In this document: positions 24,112 through 40,667 of the stretch, piece after piece | Layout of the letters: every line of letters begins with the position of its first letter | How positions within the stretch are numbered: the stretch's first letter is position 1 | DNA from: Trichinella spiralis | Taxonomy: Eukaryota | Direction of reading: 5' to 3' | DNA length: 64,000 bases | Assembly (NCBI RefSeq): GCF_000181795.1 | Contig: NW_003526944.1 | Coordinates: 5,238,913-5,302,912 of the forward strand | Notes under the pieces: generated by a model | Database searches by the model: none | The model's input: only the letters and a program-made list of their open reading frames with translations | Told to the model about the DNA's origin: nothing | Translations under genes and position numbers: made by a program

Positions 24112-25710
24112 ATGTTGGCCACTGCCTCATTGGTGCTTGTGAGCTGTTGTGGCTGTATGGTAGTTGTTGAAAAACTGGCTAGGTAATATTTGATATTTAT
24201 TTTCTTTGATTTAAATATTAATAAAATCTATTTTAGACGAGATCCTGAATGCATGAATTTAATGACCTTTTCAACATTTCTATTTGTAACTATGGAAGGA
24301 TTGGTATCAAATCCACAGTTTATTATACAAAAACCACAAATTCCTTTGAAGTAATTTAAAATTGTGAATCTGAGTTAAAATAGCTGACATTATTTAAGGG
24401 CCTATGTGAAAATTGTAATCCTATTTTTTCTTGTCAATGTTATAAACAACCAAGCGCTCTCCTACAACATACCTGTTCCACTGCATATCATTTTTAGATC
24501 GGTAATGATTAAAATTTAACGTTACTATAATTTTTATTCATTCATTCATTTATTTATATTTATTTCAGGGTTCGTTAATGACAAATTTGCTACTAGGTGT
24601 CTGGATTTTAAATAAAAGATATTCATGGGTTAAATACATTTCAGTCCTGATGATCACTGCTGGTATTATGATTTGCACATCTGCGACATACAATGCTTCC
24701 ATGGTACATGGTTCTTTTCTGTTAACAATTAATAAAACAGCATATAATTGAGAGAATGTAGGTCAGAAAAATCAACTTACACATGTCAAGATTTTTCGTA
24801 TTATCAAAGTTAAATAGTTCTGAAGTTTCAAATTATTACAACAGGTTGTAATTGTATTCGCGCTAGCTGTAGTTAGTTTCAAAAAAACAGAAATATAAAA
24901 ATGACAATTAATATAAGCAGAATAACTAATCCCTTCATTGTAGATGTCATCTCCAAAAAGTCTACAAGAAAATGAAACTATAAAATATAACAAGCATCTT
25001 CTAATAGGTATATTAAAGAGAAGTTTTTTTCTTATTTAAAATTTTATATTACAGGCGTTTGTATGTTGACATTTGCTTTGGTATTCTCCTCTGCATTAGG
25101 CATAGCCCAAGAAAAGCTGTACTGTCAGTATGGGAAACATCCCCGCGAAGCCATGTTCTTCGTTGTACGTTATTCATTCAAAATCTTTGTAAATATAAAT
25201 ACCAAATTTTCTCATTTAGCACATGTTATCTTTGCCCGGCTTTCTACTTTTCTACAAAGATATTATGAAACATATAAATGTGTTTAATCGATCTGGTAAA
25301 ATGAATTGAATTTCTGAAAAAGAAATCGTTGCATTAAAATTTTCAGAGCTTATCCATCTCCCGTGGATTGGTTTAGATATTCCACATCTTTGGCTGTTAC
25401 TGATTCTAGTCGATATCGCACAGTAAGAATGCAAATTCAAATATATACACAGGAAATAATTTTTAAAATAATTTCTTATAGATATATTTGCATTCGATTT
25501 GTTTATTACTTGACTGCCAGTTGTTCAACGCTCACCGTCACACTAGTCATAACCATTCGGAAGTTTATTAGTTTGATATCATCAATATTGCTTTTTGGCA
25601 GTCCGTTCACAGTACAACATTGGATAGGCACAGCTCTAGTTTTTGGTGGTACTCTGCTTTTCATAGAACCATTCAAAAGAAGCAACTCTGATAAAGTGAA
25701 AACTAACTAA
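24112..25710 (+). CDS. SLC35B4: UDP-xylose/UDP-GlcNAc nucleotide-sugar transporter (SLC35B4/YEA4 family), multi-exon
   Basis: SCCGCMVVVEKLAR/DPECMNLMTFSTFLFVTMEG, FFLVNVINNQALSYNIPVPLHIIFRS/GSLMTNLLLG..KRYS..YISV, GIAQEKLYCQYGKHPREAMF, SCSTLTVTLVITIRKFISLISSILLFGSPFTVQHWIGTALVFGGTLLF. Ends in KVKTN, a dilysine-like ER signal. Confidence 0.92.
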
Positions 25711-25846
25711 AGAAAATACTACTCAATTTACAAAATTTTTACATGCCTCGATATTGATTGATCGATCGATTGATACTCTCATCACAGGCATATATTTCGC
25801 TTTGGATAAGTTGGTTTAATTTGTGAATTAGAAGAAAAGAATATAT

Positions 25847-25886
25847 TTAAATTAAATTAAATTAAATTAAATTAAATTAAATTAAA
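25847..25886. repeat. (TTAAA)8 pentanucleotide microsatellite
   Basis: Eight perfect copies read directly. Confidence 0.95.
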
Positions 25887-27167
25887 TCAATTTTCGCGTT
25901 AAACGTTGCGATCAAGCAACAAATTAAACAATACTAACGCATTATATGTTGTGAATGCACTGCTATATGTTGAACGCTGCTAAGCAAACACTGATAAGCA
26001 ACATTCGTTAACAAAATAAATAATGAGGTCCATGAGCAGTTACAGGCAAAGCTGTTGTCTGTATGCAAAAGCGATTAAAAAGAAAAGAATGGCACTTCAC
26101 AACCGTCAACATAACGCATGACTGGAATTTGCAATAAGATAATAAAAAGAAAACACTTTTCTGATATATAAGCATACTGACATTTCACTTACTGAAAAGT
26201 CTATTTCATGAGGTTGATGATAAATATATGTCAAAAACTGACAGTTGTGAAAGAAAAACTGATTGCCGAATTCAAGCAAAGCTTTAACGGGCCAAATAAT
26301 TAACATTTGTCATATCCGTAAAACCTCAACATTTAATTCATTTAAAAATGATGAATAGAGAATCTTCACCAATAAAAATAGTAAAGATTGGCTAACATGA
26401 TTAGGCATAAAAAACAATGCACATACCAAATGTGGGATGCAGAAGTCTGATCACATAATACTCAACTGGAACGGGTTCTGTACAAAGCAACCAAAGCGAC
26501 CTTAAAACAAAGAACTTTGAAAATTGAATAATAACGTCACAGTAAACATTCACCAAAAATGGAATTGGTTTTTCACTTTGAAACTGAAATTCGTTGTTCA
26601 TCATCAATCATTCTTCTAAACATTTACTTTAAAAATTTTGCTTCTTGGCAAAAATTTTAGCCAAATTACTTTATTACAGTTGAAATGACACACGAATCGA
26701 TGTAAACATACAAAAATCAGTTTCATAATTCAATTTCAATATTTGCATATTTTTATTTCACTTATCGTACGTTAAATCATGCAACTTTATACCCACTTAA
26801 AGGTTGATTATTTTTAAAAAAAAGCTTGAAAGATGAAAATTTATTTTTTAATTTTAAATTTTGATGCGAAATGAAATTTATTTGCATCATAAATTTCTAA
26901 GAATTCAGCTTTTATACTGTAATAAAATGCAAGTACAATTTTCATGATTTCAGTTTTAAATTAATAAATATTATAAATTGGCACATTAAATGTGATTTAT
27001 AGTTGAAAAAAACTATTTATCAAAAATAATTTAGTTAAGATTGTTGCCACATGCCATTACTTACCAGAACGTACCTAAGCATAAAGTATGATGCAATCTG
27101 ACAGTAAGGCATCTTTCCACATTTAACACGTTGAGTGTCGATAAGCAGGATTCAGTTTTGTGTCGAA

Positions 27168-27903
27168 ATGGCAAGTAGTCGTTTTGCTGGGCAACTTTTG
27201 CGCCTGATTGGAAATCCAGGGGTTTGGCAACGGAATTGCAAAATGGGTTTGTGGCGTCCAGGATGGTGGGACGGACCGCTTAGCGATTTCAGTCGAACTG
27301 TTGATCGAGAAATGCGACGCTTTGAGCGTGAAATGAATAGTTTTTTCCATTATTTTCCAAGACCATTTTTCAACGCTCAAGATTATTATGAGCCATTCAT
27401 TTGCGAAGAGAATGGAATGAAGAAATTCAAACTGCGATTTGATGTTTCTCGATTTAAGTAAGCAACAAAGACTTCCTTTTGCTAATTTTACACTTGGTAA
27501 AACTGTGAATTTCTTTCATTTTTTTCAGCAAAAAAATACATATTAATTCATTTATCTGTAGTACTTAATGTATTTTAATTTGATCATGATATGATGTGTG
27601 ATTTTGTATCAAAATAGTAGTACATAATAATGTTTGTTGTATTTAATTTGTGATAGGCCAGAAGAGATTAATGTCAAAACTAGTGGTAATAAGTTGTATT
27701 TCGAAGCTAAACAACATTCAAAACAAGATGATGTGGAATCGAAGTATGAGTACAAGCGCGAATTCACCTTACCCGAAGGCGTCAAAGCTGAAACAGTGGA
27801 GTGCAAATATTCAACTGATGGGCAGTTGGTTATTGAAGCGCCGTACGATCCACCGCCTGCAGTGGAAGGCAAGCCAAAAGATATTCCAGTGATTCATGAA
27901 TGA
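27168..27903 (+). CDS. Small heat-shock protein (alpha-crystallin/HSP20 family), 2 exons (27168-27457, 27657-27903)
   Basis: KFKLRFDVSRFK/PEEINVKTSGNKLYFEAKQ..EYKREFTLPEGVKAETVECKYSTDGQLVIEAP with a C-terminal IPV (IXI/V) motif; phase-2 GT-AG intron. Confidence 0.93.
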
Positions 27904-28006
27904 AAAATGCGGTTTATTTCTTATTACGTAGAAAGATTAAATGCATAAAACTTTTTGCAATTGTAATCGGTAAAAAAAGTAATCTAATTGTAGCGAATGA
28001 GAAATC

Positions 28007-29339
28007 TCATTCGAACTCTAAACAATAGTCCAAATGCTCGTTGATGTACTGAATGTGAACGAGATGCTTGCATTTTGGACAATTAACGTCATCTGTACTT
28101 AACTGAATAAAATTTGTCGTATTATTTTGCCTTTTTACTGAATTTTCGTGGAAGTCCTGTTGCTCTGTTAATGGTTCACCAATAGCAGCGTGCATGGGAG
28201 GATCAGAAGAGCACTTTGAAGCAGTGTCTTCGTTGACAATTTTGCTGATTTGGGTCTTCAATTTTGGTACCGTTTCTGCAAAAATGGGTCTCGATTCACG
28301 TTTTCCACTAATCAAGGAATATCCTTGGCCAGGAAAGAGAACAGTCTGCTTAAGGTTTTTTGGACTCGGCACGATCTTTTCACGTTCAGCTTGCTTGTCA
28401 TGCAGTCGGTTTTTCACTGTCGTTGTCTCGGTCGACGACGGTCCTGGTTCCATCCAAGACAACAACGAATAACCTTTGCCTGGAAATTTTACGCTTTCCA
28501 CTTTTGGCGACTGTTTGTCAACGGTAGCTTTTTGCTTCTGAGCTTGCTTTGCTTGATAACCTTCGGGCTCTTTGACTTTTTCAAAAGTCCCACCGCAAGA
28601 ATTTTTGTGCTCTGCCCACCAAAAATCATACGGACCAGGTGCCCTGTTTGTTGCACGTTTCACCCATCCATAAAATGGTCGTCTGTAGCGACATTTTCCG
28701 TTGCAACGCCACCAATGCTGACGATGTACGTTCACTTCATCATGAAAATTATGATATATCTGAAATGAAAATTATATTATATGAAAGATAAAAAAAACGA
28801 CTTGAAAACAAATAAACTTGTTAATACGGTAATATTTGTACCGGCCGTTGAATTGATTCGATGCATATGTTTCTGAAATGCGGGTCCATGTCCATCTCGA
28901 TCCTAGTAGAATCAGATAAATTGAATGATTTTCTTTTACGGACTGCAATTTCAGGCCATTTACGGGCTTACTTACCCTATTCCCTTCCGTAACAAACAAA
29001 TAAGCATGAATCATTTCGTGGAGAAGAGTTTCAACTAGATCCTTACGGGGTCGGTATTTCAGCAACGGTTGACTGAGACGAATTGAACAAAGACCATACT
29101 TTCCTTCATAAGAACACACCCCTGCACATCTAAGATTCCAAAAGAATAACGTCAGCATAAATAAATGAAAAATAACAACATCACAATTACAATGTCATTC
29201 TTGAACTCCAGCGCACTTCGCACGACGACAACGCACCCCAAAAAAACATATCATTGAACTGCACAAAAAGTTCGTGCACATTTGGATTCGGATCCAACGT
29301 TTCCCAAGCACTATCGACAATTGATTTCGAACAGATCAT
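28007..29339 (-). CDS. SPRTN: Spartan/DVC1 DNA-protein crosslink repair metalloprotease, 4 exons
   Basis: SIVDSAWETLDPNP..LFVQFNDMFFWG..EVRWSSRMTL/CAGVCSYEG..CSIRLSQPLLKYRPRKDLVETLLHEMIHAYLFV (HEXXH); HWWRCNGKC..PFYGWVKRATNRAPG..WWAEHKNSCGGTFEK; SHP boxes FPGKGYSL and FPGQGYSL; C-terminal UBZ4 CPKC..INEHLDYC. Confidence 0.95.
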
Positions 29340-29804
29340 CTCTAGAATTCTGAATTTTTAATAATAATAATAATATAAACAAATTTGAATAAATAAAAGT
29401 AAATATATCTGTAATGAACAGTTCAAATTTTGCATCAACAATCAGCACAACAAGCAGTAGAAAACTTATTGTTTCTATTAGCATGAGTCCAAAAACAGGC
29501 AAGAACCAAATAAATAAACGTACAAATCAAAAGCAATACAAAATTGACTCGTCAGGACAAGAAAAAAATCACTGAGATATGAAAAGTGAAATACCAATCT
29601 TCTCCCGTATCCACACGGAAAAAGAAACCCTGCGACCGCAAGAAATTTCATTTTAAACATTATTACCAATCAATGGAATGCTAAAAAGTTAAAAAGTTCC
29701 TACAATGAAAGTTGGTACAAAGCTGTCGAAAACAAGTACAATAAATAAATGAAAAAAAAATTCAGTTGAAAGTAGTCGATAATAAATAATAAGAAATATT
29801 AAAA

Positions 29805-32614
29805 TTAACGTTCACTAACAGTGGAGTCCGATCCAGTCGGAAATTTGCACGCCTTCGGAATACCGTAATATCGTTTAATACGGTTCCGATCTGGTTCAAA
29901 AGCAATCAATGACATTGAGCCTGCCAAAGAGCCTGAATCTGACGAAAAAGTTCGACGTTCATGCGTTGCACGTAAACGTATCGCTTTGAGCTTCTTCTCT
30001 GAATCAGAATTATCCGAATCAGCGCCGCTACTTCCAATACCAGAATCAATCATCGTCTTCGCATCCGCATTCGCAATCTGCGGTGACCACTTTTTTTGCA
30101 ATGATTCGTGTAAAAATTCGCAGAGCAAATTGTGGAAATCTGGAACCGAATCATAACCTGAAAACAACACAATAAGCTACCAATCGCTTACAGACTAAAT
30201 TGGAATATCACAGACAAAAAATACAACGAACAATAATAACTTAATCATAATGAAAGTACAGTAAAAAAAATTACAAAATTAATACTTGAATTTTACATTT
30301 TTACCGTAATCCTGAAAAATAGTTACAACTTAAAACATTTAATATGAAAATTTCTGTAATTAATGATCACACTTACTTGGGAAAGCATTCACATCAATGA
30401 CAAATAATTGACCAGTCGTTTGTTCTACAATTAAATCCATGCCGAACAAAGAAAGGCCCGTTCGACGGCTGAATTCAGTTATCAATTTTCGAGGTGCATC
30501 ACCGAACATTGAAGAATGATCCGGTGGATGAACTTCACTATCTCTCTAAAAGTGCAACAATTATTAAAAAGCAAAACAAAACAGTACATCCAAAAATATG
30601 ACACTGGCGTTACTTGGGTTAACTCTGATACGCATCCAATTTTCGAAATTTTCTGAGTTTCGAACATCACTGTCGGATATTCTGCATTCAAAATTAAAAT
30701 ACATATTAAAATTTTATTATTCCAATTTTGTCTGTCTGTCTCACCTCCACTTGTGAAATTACGTAACGATGGCCTCGTTGAAATGAAAATCTTGTCTTGC
30801 ACAGCGAATACTTTGTACAGAACGCCGTCGTGAGGAATAAACTGCTGTGCTACGCAAGGAGTTTCAATATCGTTCATGCCGTGTTCACCAAAAATCAGTT
30901 GCATCTTTAAAAAAAATTTTTTTTTCATTCCAATTATGAAAAATACTTTCGCAAACTTACTCGATGAGCAAGTTCAGTTCCATGAGCAGCAACAGGTTTG
31001 CACACTTAAAAATTAAAAAAAAAATTAATTATAAAAATTAAAACAATTAAACTGCATACATACCAAATGGAAAAGTGATACCACTTTGAGCTAGTTTTAA
31101 CAAATTCGCTTTGCAGTTGTTGTCGGATAACAAAATAAAGTGCGGAGTAAGTACAGGACCTTAAAATGCAAGTAAATGACATTGTATTGAATTGCGAACT
31201 GCCCAATTACCTGAACCGCAAACATCTTTAATCAAAGAATACTGATCAAAACGATTGCATAAAACACGCAACGCTGCTATTGAATCAATCATCAAAATTT
31301 CTGGATGCTCTTTTTCAAATTTCTGAACAAAAGATTCATTTAACGCGCAAAATATTATCAAAAATGTATAATTCACCTCCAATTTTTCGACAACCGAAGC
31401 AGCATATTGGTCGCCTTCTTTTGCTTGAACAATAAAATCAGAGACTTTGTGAATTATAGCGTGCACATCCAACTGGTTACTTATGTCTTCGTCGAAATCA
31501 ATCTGCACAAAATATACATCTTCATGCCTGGCATAAAATGAAACGAAGAATTACGGCTAAGATGGGAAAAGAATTTTTCACTCATAACTGAGTAATGACT
31601 TTCTAATTACAAAAGTCAACAGTGCACTTTTCCCAACATTTACACTCTGTGTCAAATGTTTTTTTTAATCCCGCGGTGCAATTAGTGCAGTTTGCATTTC
31701 AAATACTGTGACATTTGCAAACAGGGTTTGCTTTTTCACAAATTTTCAATTAAATTAATCATCAATTTTCAAATCTGATAAAAACAATAAAAAAACTTCT
31801 TTACATAATATCATTCATACTTTTCGCAAGTTGTGAATCATAAAAGTGGCAGAAATAAACGAAAAGCTATTCTTTTCCAAAAAGGTTCATTCATTAATAA
31901 CTAATTAACAGCAACCAGTTGAAACATTTTCATTAAAAATTGGTTTACATCTAGGATGAATATTACCGATATTCAGATTCATAATTAAAAAAATATATAT
32001 ATCACAATAATGATCAACAGGTATTTAATGAAATTACACATGCAGAAAAACAAATTATAAAATATGAAAAAAACACTTACTTGAATTAAGTCGATTCCTT
32101 TAATTCTAAAACAAATACACGTATCAGTATGCATGTAAATAAATAACAATGTTAAAGATTAAAAATACTTTTAAAAAAAATAAAACGCTAATTTCTCAGT
32201 ATCATCTTATTAACAATTTCAAAAACAAATAATCTATATAATATATAAACATTTTCAACTTTGTTGTACAGTGCTGCTTTGATTTGAATATGTAAATAAA
32301 GGTAAAATTAGTTTCAAAAATATGGATTTCAAACATTTTACTAGTTAAAAACCATTTATAAATATTTTAAAATAAATAAATAAATAAAATTAAATAGGTG
32401 AACAACAACAACAATAATTTTAGAAATGCTACATACTAGAAACATCACAGCAAATTTTACCATTGGTCACTTACCGACATTTTTCAATAAATCGTTCAAA
32501 TTGCAACTTTTTAATTTTTTTTGGCGTCAACCAATAACCGACACGCCATCGAAACGAACTGCTGACGGTTAGTCTTTTATCAGCTTCAACTGCCGTGGAT
32601 TTGCAATCGTTCAT
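29805..32614 (-). CDS. ITPK1: Inositol-tetrakisphosphate 1-kinase (ATP-grasp), multi-exon
   Basis: RVGYWLTPKKIKKLQF, LDVHAIIHKVSD, HPEILMIDSI, CKPVAAHGT..HRMQLIF, PCVAQQFIPHDGVLYKVF..RPSLRNF, GLSLFGMDLIVEQTTGQLFVIDVNAFPSYDSVPDF. Confidence 0.92.
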
Positions 32615-33508
32615 CACAAAACGGATAAAATTTACACAACAACAAACAATAAAATGCAACTGTTGCAATTATAAAACGTGAATGTTATAATATTAATAAA
32701 CAGCTTCAGTGTCAGGTGGAAATAAATTTAAATCATTAAAAAATATAAAAAATAATAAAGCAGAAGATATCGACTACACCAACGGCTCGCTACAAAAACA
32801 AATGACACCGTTTAAAATTACCGTACTTAAAGTACTTGAATGTCACAAATGACAAATTTAGCACGATTGTCTGTGGTGATTTTTTATTTTTAAACAATTA
32901 AAATTATTATTTTTTCTCAGTAAATACGTTATATGAGAATTTTAAAGTAGACTGTGCATTGTGTAATGCAAAAAATGTTGTCAGAAATATTGCGATTAAC
33001 GACTCGTGAATGGAAGCAATATTCAGCACAGTAGCAGTGAAAAGTAAGCATTATCAGTGTGATGCGCCAATTTTGAATTTCAAAACGTTAAGAGAGCAAT
33101 GCAGTACAGGACAGTGCCATGAAATTTTTATCCGCTGATCCCAACCGAAAATGCTGATTTTTCATTATTACTGTTCCATACAATATAAATATTACTCATT
33201 GAATTTCTATTTTCAAAAGTTTCTGCATCTACTTTTTAATGTGCTTGTATTATTTTTTGTCATGTACATCTTTATTTTTCCGTGGTGTAGCCATGGAAGC
33301 AATTTACAATATTTCAATATACATGCCAGGTATAGTATGAAAAAACAAAATAAATTCATTTGCTAAAGCATTCATTAAAGCTCCATATATATTATAACGT
33401 TACGTATCATCAGAAACGTTACTTTTCGCATATATATAAAGTGCAACAACAATGTTGCAACACACTGCAATGTACAATCAGTATAAATAGATCTGATAAT
33501 AAACAACA

Positions 33509-34022
33509 TTAACGATATCTGCGATAAATGTAATATCCAATAGCAATTAAGGATATCAACCCGACGGCACAGAAAAACTCGTGTTCATAAGAATCATAAA
33601 ACGGTTTCCGCTTCAGGGGATGCGTTGGCACCACAGGTGTAACAATGTTGGATAACGTTTTATCTCTGTTCGGCCAAAAAATTCTTTGATCATGGAGAAG
33701 TTTATACTTATTTCCCTAAAAGAAAATTGCTTAATTAATGAAACTTTCTAATGTATAGGGAAAAACAAAACAATTCCATCTTCGAATATCGCTTTATCAA
33801 ATACAGATCCTAAGAACATATACTTATACGAAGACAAATCTTGAGCAATTGATCCATGTTACAGTTTAATTGAGAAAAAAACTAATATTTTAAAGGTTAC
33901 ATTTTCCGTAAAAAAAATTCAATTTTTACATTGGAAATTTATGAAAAACTTACTTCTTCCATTCCTCTTTCAGCAAATGCTTGCGTTGAAGTATCCATCA
34001 TCGTCCATATAGCCCGTAGAAA
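33509..34022 (-). CDS. Hypothetical small tail-anchored membrane protein (exons 34022-33954 and 33715-33509; start uncertain)
   Basis: Two phase-0 exons with good splice sites (TTCTAG, GTAAGT, TTTTAG) join to MMDTSTQAFAERGMEE-GNKYKLLHDQRIFWPNRDKTLSNIVTPVVPTHPLKRKPFYDSYEHEFFCAVGLISLIAIGYYIYRRYR*, with a single C-terminal hydrophobic helix followed by a basic tail. Confidence 0.55.
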
Positions 34023-35323
34023 CTAGAAGAAAATTATAATTCAACAGTACATAATGTTTACTGTAAATCTTAAAATGCAATTTGAGTTGCATTCATTGAA
34101 TTCAAGCAGCATATATCATGATCTACAACAGTACAAAAATGGCAATTTGACACCTAAATAAACATAAATCACAGTCAGTGTGACAATTCATGGGTAAATT
34201 TATCATTTACGAAGTCAATTAAAAATCAATTCCTTTCAGTTATAAAACTGAAAACTGCCATCAGGAGATGATCAACTCAATAGCAACGTTAAATGCATAT
34301 TCTCACCTAAACAGTATCGCATCGTAAACAGTATGCGATAAATTACTCCAATAAAAACTTTTTCATAAATATAATTATTATTTCATATAAATTTATCAAC
34401 AAAAAAATTAAAAATTATTTTGCAAATTAGCTATTCCACAGCTATAAAACATAAGAAATTAAATGAAATCACTTAATTCACCGTATACAAATTATGTTGA
34501 AAATTAAGTTCATCAAATTAAGTAATTCAAATTAAAAGTAAATTGAATTGTAATTTTTTTAATCTATGCTAATAATTAACTTAAAAAATATAATGATTAG
34601 ATATAATATTGAAACTGTGATGCAAAAAAGCTTTACTGCTCAATCGCATTGCTCACTCAATATGTCATAATTACTTTTTTATTTGTCAAATTTTTCGGTT
34701 TTTTAATTATTGCAATTTTACAAATATTTCAAAAATATTTTCTAATCTATATAGAAACAAATCTTATTCTCTCTCAGATGGCTTTCAATTTTAAGTTTAT
34801 TTATTTTATATGAGAAATATTACTTTAGAAAACGAAAGTTTTACTGTTCAAAACAGTATATTACTGTATTTTAGCACTGTACGTTGCTGAAATCACCACC
34901 GTCCGTGTGCACCAGTATCATCATCATCAGCAACATAAATCAGTGGAATAATGCTTAATTTTTTGTAACAAAAAATACATCACACCCAGCAAAACCACGT
35001 AGCATACGTTGTCAGCTATTTTAATGGGAAAACAGCGCGTTCAGTATTTGAAAACAATAGTTATTAATAAGAGGTGTTTCAAAAATACTAAAAAACCATA
35101 TTCATTGCCATTTCATGTTGATTGATGCATCGTTTTTCGACTCTTGCTTGTAATTTTGCCCGGAAATAGCAAAGTAACGGTATTTCGCAAAAATATTTTA
35201 TTTACACAAATTATATATAAAATGGGCGATGTCAGTGAAGGAAGTGTAGAAAATTTAAGTAACAAATTTTGAACGAGACCAAAAATGTTACTGCCTGAAC
35301 ATTTTTCTTTGAACAACTTTGTT

Positions 35324-40667
<5,344 letters not shown>

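Noticed and set aside
26100..26610. Possible small minus-strand gene between SLC35B4 and the sHSP
   Set aside because: Some splice-like sites exist, but no coherent frame or homology could be assembled.
15781..29339. DNMT3 near SPRTN as a functional cluster (DNMT-DNA crosslink repair)
   Set aside because: Unrelated genes intervene, the strands are opposite, and proximity is expected by chance in a gene-dense genome; no synteny evidence is available.
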